From: Rotaria socialis
Lineage: Eukaryota
Direction of reading: 5' to 3'
DNA length: 64,000 bases
Assembly: GCA_905331295.1 (NCBI GenBank)
Contig: CAJNYD010000058.1
Span: forward strand, 124,001-188,000
The notes under the pieces were generated by a model. That model saw only the letters and a list, made by a program, of their open reading frames with translations, had not been told where the DNA came from and did not search any database. Positions 1 to 12,349 of the stretch are shown piece after piece (the first letter of the stretch is position 1; the number at the start of each line of letters is the position of its first letter). A program made the position numbers and the translations under genes.

Positions 1-199
1 TCGCGTATAGATTTGTACGGTTTCGGACGGGTAAACAGTTTTTTCGGGGCACGGAAAAGGATGGTGAAAAATTATTGAGAGATGTCGCTAGTCTAGTTAA
101 TAGTACCAAATATATATTGATTGGTTCATTATTTTCATGCTATGATCTGCAGACTTGCCTATTACTCTCATCACCGGTCCTCATAGTAGAATTCTATAA

Positions 200-455
200 T
201 ACCCTGTAAAAACAGTTGCCATCCTGAACCTTTTCTCGGTACCATTTACTGAACCATTTTAAAGTTCTAGCCAAAAAGTTTAGAACCTTTCAAGGTTTCA
301 GCCATACATGCGGAACTATAAAAGGTTCTAAACTTTTTTGATAGAACCTTACAAAAGTTTCAGAGAAGGTACCCAAATCTCGAACCTTTTAAGGTTCGAG
401 ACCTCTGCTAAAACAAAAAATGATACAGTATGACACCATTTTGTTTTAGAGAGTA
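200..455. mobile_element. Small palindromic MITE-like element
   Basis: Left end TACCCTGTAAAAACA vs reverse complement of right end TACTCTCTAAAACAA. Internal inverted repeats (AAAGTTCTAGCCAAAAAGTTTAGAACCTTT / AAAGGTTCTAAACTTTTTTGATAGAACCTT). Confidence 0.5.
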
Positions 456-865
456 GAACTTTCTCTTACTGACATACCTTAAGAAACAAAAACAATTTAC
501 TTTAATTTATTTTCAAATTCAGAATAAATATTTTTTGTTTCAATAACGAGAATCAAATCACATGATTTATCATCTGATCAATCATTTGATAGTATAATAT
601 GATGGCATGTCTCTCATGCATCTTCAATCGCCCATGTATTTCTTGGTCAATGTTAAGCAAGTAATCTTAAATAAAGCTCAATGAATGCCAAGAGGTTTTT
701 GAAAGAACAACCCGACAAATGTATACTAATCGAGAATAACAAAGTCAATAATTCAAAAACACCTCTATATCCGAATCTATCTACTTTTTCTACGATGAAA
801 GATGAGAATAATCGACTTAAAAACTTCTTCTAGTAATACAGGACGGAGCGAGCCCCGTTGAAAAA

Positions 866-1214
866 GCTTGTTAGCGCAGCCCCTTTGGGACTAAAATGTG
901 GAACTCACATATATCCCTTAGGGTTACTAAAATAGTTCATCTGAAAAATCTACCTTGATTTCCAAAAGCTATAATTCGATGATTGCCTATTCGCTTATAT
1001 CTGTAATGGAGCATTAATTGGTAGCTCGTATATTTCACAATGCCAGATACTAGCTACTATGGTCTGTAATGGGCAAATATTAGTTTTTTCGTGTAGTACG
1101 TAATTAAAAAATAAAGAAGTAGTAGCCTAATTAGTGAAGCTTCTAATTAGCACAATTTTAAACTCACTAATGTCTGTAATGGGGTGTGGGGGGGGGGGGG
1201 AGGGGGGCCGGAAA
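866..1214 (-). mobile_element. Partial Helentron/DINE-like non-autonomous element (same family as 39215-40162), cut by gap
   Basis: GCTTGTTAGCGCAGCCCCTTTGGGACTAAAATGTGGAACTCACATAT matches the left end of the 39.2-kb copy. Both copies also share TGTCTGTAAT followed by a G-run. Confidence 0.55.
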
Positions 1215-2079
1215 NNNNNNNNNNNNNNNNNNNNNNNNNNNNNNNNNNNNNNNNNNNNNNNNNNNNNNNNNNNNNNNNNNNNNNNNNNNNNNATAGATCT
1301 AAGATTTACATCTTTTGAATCAAATCCGCTCGCAATCAGGAAAAACTAAACTTATTCAGATAATTACGACAAATATAAATTTCAAATATTTCACACGACT
1401 TGAGCAATTATTTCACGACCTGTCTTCAGAAGAACTTCAAGATATCTCCTAGTTTCGAAAATTGTTTCAACTTTTCTGATGAAGACAACGTGTAACTATT
1501 CAATAATTCTGCAAGGCCTGTAGTGTTATAATCAGAACAAATTTTTAACTGAGCGGCTATAGTCGTTCGTCGGCACCCTCTGGGGCGCCACTCACGGCTA
1601 GCCGCCTCCACTAGTTCGTTGTATATATGCGGTGAACATGATCCTTTTAAACGCTGCATGATTGATTGCAAGCTTCGCTTCATTATATAATTATTAGATG
1701 AAAATAGAGAGAATTTTTAGGAAACCCGAAAACAACTGTTATGGGACTAATTTAATTCAGTTTCATCTACATATGAAAAAAATTACTCACAATTTTGAGA
1801 AGAATAAGACAAGATTTCTGAGTACTTAGACAGTTTCCGAACATTCGTAGATGCGCTAATCTAGAATTCTACGTGTTAAGTTTGAATAAATTCTTCGTGC
1901 TACAATAAAAGTTGACATATCAAGTATAAACTGGAGACTTCGAAAAAAGTCTTCAACGACTTAGTGTTTATACACAAAATACAGATATGTAGCTATGTTC
2001 AACTGTTTGTTGAAAAGGGCGTTAGTGCGGCATTCTCCAAAACCATGTTTGTTTAAATAATAAAATTTTCGTACGCAAT

Positions 2080-2412
2080 CAGCAGTGTCACATATCCAAC
2101 ATATCGGGCATGTCAGAGATGCCACGAGAGATGCGGCGTCTCACGCAGAGATGCCGCATCTCCAGGTGGGGTCTAGGCTAGAAATCGAAAAATATTTTTT
2201 CATCGGGAGATGCTGGAGATGGAGATGCCAGAGATGCGGCATCTCTCTGTGGAGAAGTGCGAGAGATACGGCATCTCTGCGTGAGACGCAGAATGGTCTC
2301 AAAGAATTTTACATACGCATAGTATTTGCATTATGTTAGTTATAGTGTTGTATGTCGGCGTCTCCCGTGGCATCTCCAGCATGCCCGATATTTCGGATAT
2401 GTGACACCTCTC
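2080..2412. mobile_element. hAT-type MITE (333 bp)
   Basis: ~55-bp imperfect TIRs (CAGCAGTGTCACATATCC... / ...GGATATGTGACACCTCTC). Perfect 8-bp TSD TACGCAAT at 2072-2079 and 2413-2420. Internal GAGATGC/GCATCTC repeats. Confidence 0.85.
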
Positions 2413-2790
2413 TACGCAATGAAACAAGGATATATCCAGGTAAGCAGCTAGTCGCTCGTCGGGCGCCCCTCTCGGGCGCCAATCACGAATAGCCGTTGCC
2501 AACGTAAGAATCAATTCCACCACAAGATGCCTATAGCCGATTCGTAATAATATCCAATATAAGCATACGATATATATATATATATATATATACCACTATC
2601 AACATCATCGAATGATACCCTTAAAAAGTTTGCCGACAAAGAATTCCTATCATGAAAATATGATGATCTAAACAGCTCCAAATGCATTATAAATTTGCTT
2701 GAACTATGAAAGATTATTAAACATTTAATATTCGATCCATCGACATCGGCTACTTTATTTGAATCAACTTTATTTATTTGTCTAGGATCA

Positions 2791-3410
2791 TAACCACTAG
2801 TAACGTCGTTGTGGTACTCCTAAACGCTTTTGGAAATACCAGTCACTCACCAGTTGCTGGTCACTTGTTTTTACTTTTTCAAAAAGCTCATGTGTTCATT
2901 CTGTGCAATAGACCTCTGTGCAACTCTCTTTGTTTACCAAAACGATGACAAAATGTTTTTGAAAAACTACACTAAAAATCGAAAGACTCCGCGTCAAAAA
3001 ATTTCGGTCAAACTTTAAACGAAGTCATTTTTTTCCTTAAAAACTCTCTTTCTCTCCATAAAAAAGGTACGAAGCGAAACTTGAAAAATCTGACCTTCGA
3101 TTCGACTCCCTCTAGTCCGACGGCATCTGATCAAACTTTACAAGGAAAACTATTTTCTCGAAAAACTATTTTTTTCACTAAAAAAGTTGAGGATCATAAA
3201 TTGTGAAAATCTGACACCATATTAGAGTTCCTCGACCACGATTACCTTAGGTCGACTCTTATAAAAAACTATTTTTTTTCTAAAAAAAGTCTCTCTCACT
3301 CTCCTAAAAAAGGAAAAAGGAAAATTTCAAAAAACTAACAACGACACCGTGTCTCCCGATCCCGATTACCTTCGGTCAACCCTATCCCTGCAGGAGATTG
3401 CTTGTGGTTA
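2791..3410. mobile_element. Possible old non-autonomous DNA element
   Basis: Short imperfect TIR TAACCACTAGTAA / TTGCTTGTGGTTA. Internal direct repeats (AAAAACTATTTTTTT; CGATTACCTTnGGTCnAC). Confidence 0.35.
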
Positions 3411-3697
3411 GTTAAGTTTATGCATCTGCGTTCCTACTGGACGAACGAACGCATTTAACTCGTTTTTCGTAATACTCTCCTTTCAGTAGAGGGAATAAAG
3501 ACAATTAAATGCGCTTCAATAACTTTATACATGCCTCTCGCCGTCACGTTGTCGTAGTTCTACTTACAATTATTTTTATAGTGCTCATATGGCTTATNNN
3601 NNNNNNNNNNNNNNNNNNNNNNNNNNNNNNNNNNNNNNNNNNNNNNNNNNNNNNNNNNNNNNNNNNNNNNNNNNNNNNNNNNNNNNNNNNNNNNNNN

Positions 3698-3995
3698 TAG
3701 TAATGATACCGTGTTCAATTGGGTATTTGAGTGTTAAAATACCACGTTTTGATTGAGCTTCATCACCAACATATGAATCTTTTTGACCCATACCAACCAT
3801 AACGGCTTGATGACGAGGTCGACCAACAACCGATGGAAATACTGATCGTGGAGCATCATCACCGGCGAAACCAGCTTTACACATACCTGTACATAATAAA
3901 TGTTAACGCGTATAACAATTTCAAATTTCATTGCTTCTTTTTCTCTTACCCGATCCATTATCAATAACAATAGCGGCAACGTCTTCGTCACACAT
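3698..3995 (-). CDS. ACT: Actin, 5' part only (exon 1 3995-3950, intron 3949-3887, exon 2 runs into N gap)
   Basis: Spliced translation [78 protein letters not shown] is a canonical actin N-terminus. The 63-nt intron is GT-AG. Confidence 0.95.
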
Positions 3996-4096
3996 TTCTC
4001 TGCTTAGTTCTTAATACGAGTGGTAAATGTTAGATATGATGTTGCTGTGAATATGCAAAACACAAAAGGCAAGCTTATAATGGATAAGACCGAACG

Positions 4097-4232
4097 TTAT
4101 ATAGTAAGTTCTATTTTCTCTTTTTCTCTCGGCCGCTCTAGTATGCCGTATAAGGATATGCATGATAGTATATTTGGTATTATCTGCGGTTTTTCTAGAT
4201 GGGAAAAGAACAACCAGTATTTCCTTATATGG
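4097..4232 (-). promoter_or_regulatory. Actin promoter: TATA box plus CArG (SRF) boxes
   Basis: CTATATAA on minus strand at 4104-4097, ~100 bp upstream of the ATG. Perfect CC(A/T)6GG CCTTATATGG at 4223-4232. CArG-like CCGTATAAGG at 4146-4155. Confidence 0.7.
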
Positions 4233-6315
4233 ACATATGGAGTAGTACTGTTAAGGAAGAGAACACCGCAGTTGTATGTATATCTGCACATATGTATACA
4301 TAGAAGAATGAACTGCACAAACGCGTGTGGCGCTGTTCGCCTCAAAGCATAGTTATTAGCCTGATGCTATTATGGATTGTTCTTCTTTCCTATTTTCCCG
4401 TTACATATGTATGGTATTGAAAAAAAGAATAAGCGAACGAAGACGATACAATCGGCAGAAATAGAAACATGAAAGAAAAGAGACTAATATTTTCTTGCAT
4501 AGGTTATATAAGAGAAATATTTCAACAATCTATCTTAGCTTCTATATAGCAGCTACGTCTGCACAACACGAATGATTTCGACTATATATTCTGATAAAAA
4601 CAAAAATTTTCTTAGTAATTAACAGTCAGAAAAAAATAGATAAGGAATTGATAAATAAATGTTGTAACAATTCAGTTTTCCACACTTATGATCAAAATAG
4701 TTTCTGCAAGGAAAAAAAATCATGGTATCGTATCCATATTGAAATATTTTCAAACGAAGTTTTTTCCGCCAATAATCAATGCAAATTGTATAATCTTTTC
4801 ACTGGAGTTTATTTCAATGTGAAAATGAAAAGTTCAATAGATGAAATTGATATTTCGAAGTATCTTTTCTCATATGAAGAAGAAATATTGTAATTATTTA
4901 TAGAATTCATTTGCTCATCTATTTGATGATATTTTTAAAACTTATTATGACTATTATCATTTTTTTATTAAAAACATTTTACTATTATATGTAATCACTA
5001 CTAATTTTAGCTCACATTAGTATATGTTAAATACTAAATAGGATGTTAGAGTAAAGTGCTGGTAATACTAAATTTCCTTGGCATTTGTTTTTCTCATTAT
5101 ATGTTCAAGAGAGTTCGTCAAATTGCCTGTAAAAATGTTCTTTTTAAACAGCTTTTAACTATGCTTATATAGGAAAATAATTAGAAGTTTGTTTTTCGTT
5201 TTAATTCTTATACGTATACGAGAAACTAAACATCGTATCTTCTATAAACAAGGGCTCACATTCAGAAGCATAGATCAACAAAAAGTCAAATACATTTGAA
5301 CTGAATAACAGCAGAAAAATCAGCAACGACTAGTATACGTAAGATTTAAAATTACGTTCATTGGACTAGATGTCGAACATTTTTCTAGATAGTGCATAAT
5401 CATAGAATGGATGATGGTAGCGATTTCTTATAAAATATCAAGACACCAGATAATCAAGGTATGTAGCTTGTGCATAGTGTTGTTGAGAATCAGTTGGAGT
5501 AGTAAGGAGTAAAATAAAGATATATACAAAAACCTTCTTGTAATAAATGTGAACTACTATGAACATATTTCAAATGCTCTCTTGGGTGTTAATTTATCAA
5601 TATATTTATTTTATCATTGATATATTCTGGAAATATGCTGCATATATTGTTTGGTATCATATAGAAATCATCTTTCATTGATAGAAATAAGGGAAAATAT
5701 TTTTTGTTTTGTTATAGTAGTTGCACAGTTTGATTGTCAATTAAACATTTTTTAATTGAGTTTTAGATATAAAATCTTAACTATTATTTGTGGATATGAA
5801 TGTCTACTTTAAAGTGATACAGTTGCTGATGTTCGACTCGAATGAAGCCCAATTTCTGACAGCTGTTGACGTTTTGTAATCTCTTCTATGGCTCATGTGA
5901 TTGGATACATGGAAACCTATCATCGTGAGATATCTTCTAGGCAGGCAGTATATACAATATCCGAGAAAATTTGAATGTTTTTCCAATTAATACAGGATGC
6001 ATCAAAGATTTTAAATATATAAAATTGTAACACATGGCACGCTGTTTTTTTAACTGTAGATTACATACGGCTTCAAGCGATATTGCAGATGGTTTTAATA
6101 AGAAAACTATCGAGACTTCTAATATGCCAACGTACTAATAATATATCAGTTTTAATTTATTGAAAACTTCGCAACGGGAAAATTTTCGTCAAACTATACA
6201 AAGTTCATTTCATTGCTCAACAAAGTTTTGTAAGTAGTTGCTTCACTCACAATATGACTGATAAACTCAAACTTAGTATTTTCATAGTGATGTGATGCTG
6301 CATGAAAAAGAAATA

Positions 6316-6946
6316 AATGTGGAAACTTCGGATTTCATCCGAGAGTTATGTGTACTGCAAAACGTGCATGGGACATATGAGTCATTCTAGCATGTATGAA
6401 CACCAAAATTATCATGAGAAACTAGACAGTTTGATTTCTGGATCCAGTTTTTGTGCATTTGAGACGTTTTTCAGGCGATGTTTCGTTAGAAAGCTACAAT
6501 TTGGTTCAAAACTAATATCAGATTTGGAATCAACGTTAAAAACTGAATCGATTTATATATGTTGTGAATAATTCTGAGAAAGATTTATTTTTTGAAATAA
6601 ATTCCCTGTACTCCTCCTCAGGGATGGTCTGGTCAAAAATGACAATTTTTTCGATAACTCAACCATTTCATGAGGAATCCTTCTCATCTTCGAACTCGAC
6701 CGAGATATTCATGAGATTGAACTGTGTGGAAAATTTCATCACGGTCTGACTCTCCTTTCGCAAGTTATCGNACCATTTCTTGAGGGATTCTTCTCATCTT
6801 CGAACTCGATCGAGATATTCATGAGATTAAACGGTGTGGAAAATTTCATCACGGTCTGACTCTCCTTTCGAAAGTTATCGTGCCTACGGCCGGCCGGACA
6901 CACTGACCGATTCTAGAGTGTACTCACTTTTTGAGTACACAAAAAA
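6316..6946 (-). mobile_element. Helentron-associated (HINE/DINE-1-like) non-autonomous element
   Basis: On minus strand: TTTTTGTGTACTCA start with an adjacent inverted copy (GTGTACTCA-N5-TGAGTACAC, 6918-6940). Distal subTIR TGTGTACT (6349-6356) is followed by hairpin TCGGATTTCATCCGA (6328-6342). T-rich flanks, no TSD. Confidence 0.55.
6662..6880. repeat. Tandem duplication of a 109-bp unit separated by a single N
   Basis: 6662-6770 and 6772-6880 are near-identical (a few substitutions), with an N at 6771. Confidence 0.85.
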
Positions 6947-7287
6947 CAACTAAAATGTAATGTAAGTGCATAGATAACACGGAATCAAATTGATTTGCAT
7001 GTTTCGATAAATAAAAAACTCAGAAGCGGATCAGAAATGCAATACCAGTCTAAATGAATAATATACTTGAACTGTGAATAAGCATTAGGTTTCATCGTAG
7101 ATTAGCATTCTTTTGTTGCTGAACTTACTAATCACAGTATTTAGATCTTATCTAGATTTATCTGATAGAATATTATTTGCATTGGGTTATGCTGAATCAT
7201 AGTCAAAATAAAACAATGATAAACAATGAATTTAAAAGCAAAATAATATGAATCATCAATTATATGATGTAAACGCATAAAATATGA

Positions 7288-7783
7288 ATGTATGTTGACA
7301 TTCCATATTCAGATAATAGTTTTTGCAAACGTGTCACTTTAGTGCAGGATCATTTGCCGACGATTATTTGGTTAGATGCTAATTCAATCGACCTACCGAG
7401 TAGCTTTCTTTCCAAATTAAGCAATCATCAATATGTACAAACATTTATTGAACTTCATCCATGCGTCTCTTATATTAATTCTCATGTAAAGAAAACAATT
7501 ATTCTTATTGTTTCTGGTTCATTTGCTTAAAAAAATCGTACAATTAATATACGATTCACCACATATTCTCATGACATTCGTTTTTTGTGCATCAATCAAA
7601 GCACATGCGGATTGGACAATGGATTTTTGTGGCAAATTGATGATGTTCGATCATGAAGATGATTTATTGCAGAGATTGTGATCACACATTGAAGAATATC
7701 TACGTGACAAAGCCAAGCAGTATATGAAACAAGCAGACGAATATAAGGAACGTGCTAATCGATTCAAACAATCATGTGGCTAA
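7288..7783 (+). pseudogene. Disrupted ORF with receiver-like alpha/beta domain (IIWLD...IILIVSGS...FVFC...W) and helical tail
   Basis: The ORF stops at TAA 7528-7530. A shifted frame continues KIVQLIYDSPHILMTFVFCASIKAHADWTMDF...LLQRL*SHIEEYLRDKAKQY...QSCG*, with an in-frame TGA at 7679-7681. Confidence 0.65.
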
Positions 7784-10326
7784 ATAGTTCAATTTTTCTA
7801 TCTATTTCAATGTTGTCGGATAGAAATAATACGGAGAATAAAACATGTCAACTACAATACCCTAAGAACTATGCACAACGAGTTATGTTTTCGAGAGAAA
7901 ATATCACTATAATCTCAATGATGGATTTATATCTTTCCACAAAGTTCAACATTATGATACGATTAACCGTGAAACAAGCATGCGTTATTATTTTCTTCAA
8001 ATTTTTGACTATGAAATCAATCGCAATTCTTGATAATTTGAAATAAAATCAAAAACTTTCTTTTTTCTCTCATCATATTGTATTTCTAAGCAACTAAACG
8101 CAAACGATTCGTGCAGTGCTTCACACATGTTTACTTTCATGAAGCGTATTGTAATAGCATCATGAGATCGTAAGCGAATTTTTTTGAGATTTTAATTTTT
8201 AGTGATGTTAGTGTATGAAAAACAAATGCAGATAGTTCTCAACAAAAAAGTTCATTTCATTGAAAATTTAAAACAAAGTCATCATTTTCTTTTACAACAT
8301 GTATCAAAAAAGAAGAATTTTTTTCGAATAAATATCCGTTTGATATTTGTAAGGAAATGTTGAATGCTTCTATATTCTATTTGTACAGTATTGTGCATGT
8401 CTTTAGATAAAATAGTGCAAGATAGACTGTGGGCTTCTCTGACGATATACTATATTTGTTTATTTACAGGATAAGCAACAAAAATATGGCTTTAAGAATA
8501 ACGAACATTGAATCGAAAAGATATATAGTACATGCCTGCCATATTTCTAATCGGTTGCTAGCAGTAGACATTGATCAACAGATGATTCGGTTAATACGTA
8601 TTATGAAAGATTTTAAAACTATACTTTAGAAATTTTTTGAATGATTTTAATAGTACTAATAAAAGATGATGAATTTTGTTAGATTTCACAATAATAACAA
8701 TGTATCTTGCATGATTTAAAAAAGAAGGGTTAATTATGACCATATGAATTATCTGATAAATGTCAAGCCTGATTCATTTTCATATGTTAGAATGGCGGTT
8801 TATTTTGATAGTTATTGATCGATACATGAATCTGGTTTTGGTCTTGTTTAATTCTCTCATTGATGTCGGTCTATGAAATGTATCAATGAAATTCATATCT
8901 AACTTGTAAATTAGATGATGTCCTACTCGTTTTGATATTCATCTAGTTTGTGCGTCCTATTTAATATCATCGCCTTTTCTTTAAATAAATGGCCTAGTTT
9001 TAATATTTAAAATACTCAAGATTTCTTATTAAAGAAGAGCAATATCAAGTGATAATTTACTTTGTTGTTGTGTCGATTTTTAAAATTTTTGGCACGCATA
9101 GCAGAAACAAAAATAGCTTTTGTAACTGTTCATTTGTATTTATACGCAATTGACCATTCTTTTTATTTTTGTAAAGCTTTTTCATTCAGAACCTATCGGT
9201 TAGTAGCTGTTGTTATTAAAAGTAATAAATAATACACATGCCGTTTTTCAACGAATAAACATGCTTCAAAGACAATCTGGGTAAAATTAAAGGCATATTA
9301 GATATTTAACTGGCTTGTATGATAAAGACATATTTATGCTGAACAGTCAAACGCAACGAAGGATCAATTCAATTCTCATAGTATCCAAGAATTAATAGTT
9401 ACAGAACTGTGTCGAGGATAAATCCATGAAATAAGAAATATTACAAGTTGTTTGCAAACGTTATTCCAAGAATTCATGAGACAAGGACGCGACATAATCT
9501 ATACTAGAAAAATAGGAAAAAGCCCTGAAGTTAGCTTTATTCTTTTTCCAGTGGAAGGCATGCCCTACATGCATACATTTATTTATATATACGGGATGTA
9601 GAGCAACATGAAACACTGGCATATGTTAGGATAGCTGTTCTATTCAAGTAGAAAAAAATGAATACATGCGTCCTTAAACGACTGATTTACATCAATCAAT
9701 TTAACATCAGTAACATAAATATTATGCAGCTGCAGCTTCTAAGCAACGCCAAATGAACTTTTAAATGTTTCTAAAAAACTATCGAGTGAAACAGTTATAT
9801 TTATATTTATATCTAAAATTCACATATTCACTATATTAATTATCGTATTCAACATACGACTACTTCATTTAAGAGAATAAATTGTAGATGTTTAAATGCT
9901 AAATAGAAGACATTGTAATTGATACTTACAGATGATATTTTCCCTTGAATAATATATTTTGTACATTTCAATGCATATGATTGAAACACATTACAATTAA
10001 CGGAAAATAACCATATCAAGTTTTAGTGTTAAATTATATCAATCATTATTAGTTTCATAGAAACGATTCATTATTTGTATAGTTATTTACAGATTTTTCG
10101 CCTAAATCATCAACTATTACTGATAGAAATTATCGAGATTAATAGAAATTGCTTATTGGCACACCCTCAAGAATCATCTTGTCACTAAATGTAACTGCCA
10201 TTATTTGAAATATTCAATTTTCATGTTGAAGGTCGTTACTTAGCGGTGAAAATGTTTACTATAGAACCCACCTGCTGATAAATCTCCATTAACATCAAAC
10301 CTATTGATTCATTTGTAAAAAACAAA

Positions 10327-11724
10327 ATGTCGTCATGTTGCGTTTGTTATCGTTCATCATCATCAATACGTTGTCTTAGGTGTCAAAAGTATTTTTGTTT
10401 AGTATGTTCAGGTGTTCATCGTCAAAGTCATCTTCTTGATGCACTCGATGAACGTTTAACATCTCAAATTGATTGTTTACCAATACAATTTGATGAGAAT
10501 TCCCATGAAAAATATCGTCAAGCTTCTGATCATTTACAAAAATGGATCGCCGATATTCGTTGTCAATTCGAAAACACAATTCATTATCAACTTGAAAAAT
10601 TTCTCAAAACACAATTTGAATTGTTAAAAATGAAAACGGACGAATATGTACAAGAATATGTTCAATATTTAACATATCTTCGTTCAAATGTACGCTACGC
10701 TAAACAACGACCAACTGATTATAATTATGATCATGACATATTACGTTTGATTAGTATTGAAAAAGAACTTCTCAGACGATATGATGAGCATTTACTTGAG
10801 TTTCGTTTAGATACAAATCCAATTGACTTTACAAAATATATAAATATTGAAAAAAAATTTCATGAATCACCTATTCCATTATCAATAGATTTAAACTATC
10901 GACTTTACCAACCAATGAAAACTCTTAATCTTCAATCATCTATTCAACATATTGCCAGTTCATGTCTTGATCTATTCGTTTATGTATTGGAACCATCACC
11001 TATTTATCCATGTCTACTTGAATTTTCAACTGCTTCAATGTCATCGAAAATTTCTCTCGTACAATCAATCGAATTTCCAATGGATACTAGAATCATTGAT
11101 ATGCGTTGGTCAATAAAATTCAATTGTCTCTTTTTACTGACATCTCTGTCTTTACATAAATATGAAAAATATGAGAAAAAAATTCAAGCAAATATTATTA
11201 AATTATCTAATCAAACAATTAAATGGCATCGTTTAACAACAAATCGTTTTGGAATTTATATTCTTAACGAAAATAATTCTATAGAATTTTATAATTCAAA
11301 CTTTTTACAAGAAGCTATTGTCGATTTGAAAGATCTTGTCGATAATATTTGTCTTGTTTATGATCTTCAAGGTCAAGCTGATTGTTTATGCACATTAACA
11401 TATACAAAAGAAAGTATTGTGCAAATTGATTTATTCTCTAGTCGACGACTAGAACTAAAACGAACGTTGAAACTTTCTGAAACACTACAACCACCATTGA
11501 AATTAATAAATGCTAATCGAAGAAATACATGGATTATAATTGATTGTGAAAATCATCGTTTAATCATATTTGATGATCAAATGAAAAATATTAAACACAT
11601 TTCTTTAACATTAACACCAAATTGTGTAGCAGTTCTTGATGATAAAACATTAGTTGTAGCTAGTCCAGATATTCCAGGTGCAAAACTTTCATTTTATTCT
11701 CCTCATACTATTTTACAAAATTAA
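10327..11724 (+). CDS. Intronless 465-aa protein: N-terminal B-box-like Zn finger, coiled coil, C-terminal beta-propeller (TRIM/NHL-like, no RING)
   Basis: CxxC..CxxC..CxxC...H...H at the N-terminus, helical middle, and a beta-strand-rich repetitive C-terminus (e.g. PNCVAVLDDKTLVVA). Confidence 0.75.
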   Translation: MSSCCVCYRSSSSIRCLRCQKYFCLVCSGVHRQSHLLDALDERLTSQIDCLPIQFDENSHEKYRQASDHLQKWIADIRCQFENTIHYQLEKFLKTQFELLKMKTDEYVQEYVQYLTYLRSNVRYAKQRPTDYNYDHDILRLISIEKELLRRYDEHLLEFRLDTNPIDFTKYINIEKKFHESPIPLSIDLNYRLYQPMKTLNLQSSIQHIASSCLDLFVYVLEPSPIYPCLLEFSTASMSSKISLVQSIEFPMDTRIIDMRWSIKFNCLFLLTSLSLHKYEKYEKKIQANIIKLSNQTIKWHRLTTNRFGIYILNENNSIEFYNSNFLQEAIVDLKDLVDNICLVYDLQGQADCLCTLTYTKESIVQIDLFSSRRLELKRTLKLSETLQPPLKLINANRRNTWIIIDCENHRLIIFDDQMKNIKHISLTLTPNCVAVLDDKTLVVASPDIPGAKLSFYSPHTILQN

Positions 11725-11743
11725 TTTCAAATATTAAAATTAA

Positions 11744-12349
11744 CTATTTTCTCAGTCGATCTTTGATATAATTTTGTTGTTCTAGAGTCAACTCTCGGCG
11801 TTTATCCCACTGTCGAAATTGTTCGTTTGATCCATAACCAGCAAGAAATCCATTTATTTTAGTAATCATTTTTTCATCTCTGTTTTGCCACTCTTCTTTT
11901 TTACCGAAAATTTCCGTTTGCATTAATGTTCGTTTTAAATTATATTTTTGATGATGATCTTCTGCTTCAAAAAATCTATGAAACATATCTACACGTACAT
12001 TCTCGATTTTCATTTCATCGACTTGTTGCCGTTGATTTTCATTGTGATAGAAAATAGCAGCTGCATATTGACTGCGTGTTTTCGAAGTATTTGGAGTATA
12101 CCATTGATTAACATAAGTAAGTAACTGAGCAAACGATATTTGTGTTGGATCAAACTCAATTTGTACACTTTCTGTATAATCACCAATTGTTCGATAAGTT
12201 GGTGTAGCTGGATGTGTGCCACCACAATAGCCAACTCGAGTTACCAAGACTCCATCCAATGCTCCGAATCTAGCATCGGGATCCCAAAAACAACCAAGAG
12301 AAAACGTTGCTCTCTCCAGTGTAAATTTGTTCAAGTAAAAATATGAAAA
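11744..12349 (-). CDS. MSRA: Peptide methionine sulfoxide reductase A (main exon; start exon not located)
   Basis: ATFSLGCFWDPDARFG..GV..TRVGYCGG...PTY..IGDYTESVQIEFDP..ISF, QYAAAIFY and FFEAEDHHQKY motifs. The open frame begins right after a polypyrimidine-TAG acceptor at ~12350 and has no early ATG. Confidence 0.9.
   Translation of the reverse strand, partial: FSYFYLNKFTLERATFSLGCFWDPDARFGALDGVLVTRVGYCGGTHPATPTYRTIGDYTESVQIEFDPTQISFAQLLTYVNQWYTPNTSKTRSQYAAAIFYHNENQRQQVDEMKIENVRVDMFHRFFEAEDHHQKYNLKRTLMQTEIFGKKEEWQNRDEKMITKINGFLAGYGSNEQFRQWDKRRELTLEQQNYIKDRLRK

Noticed and set aside
6662..6880. Biologically meaningful tandem duplication
   Set aside because: The copies are joined at a single N, typical of two alleles or repeat copies abutted by the scaffolder.
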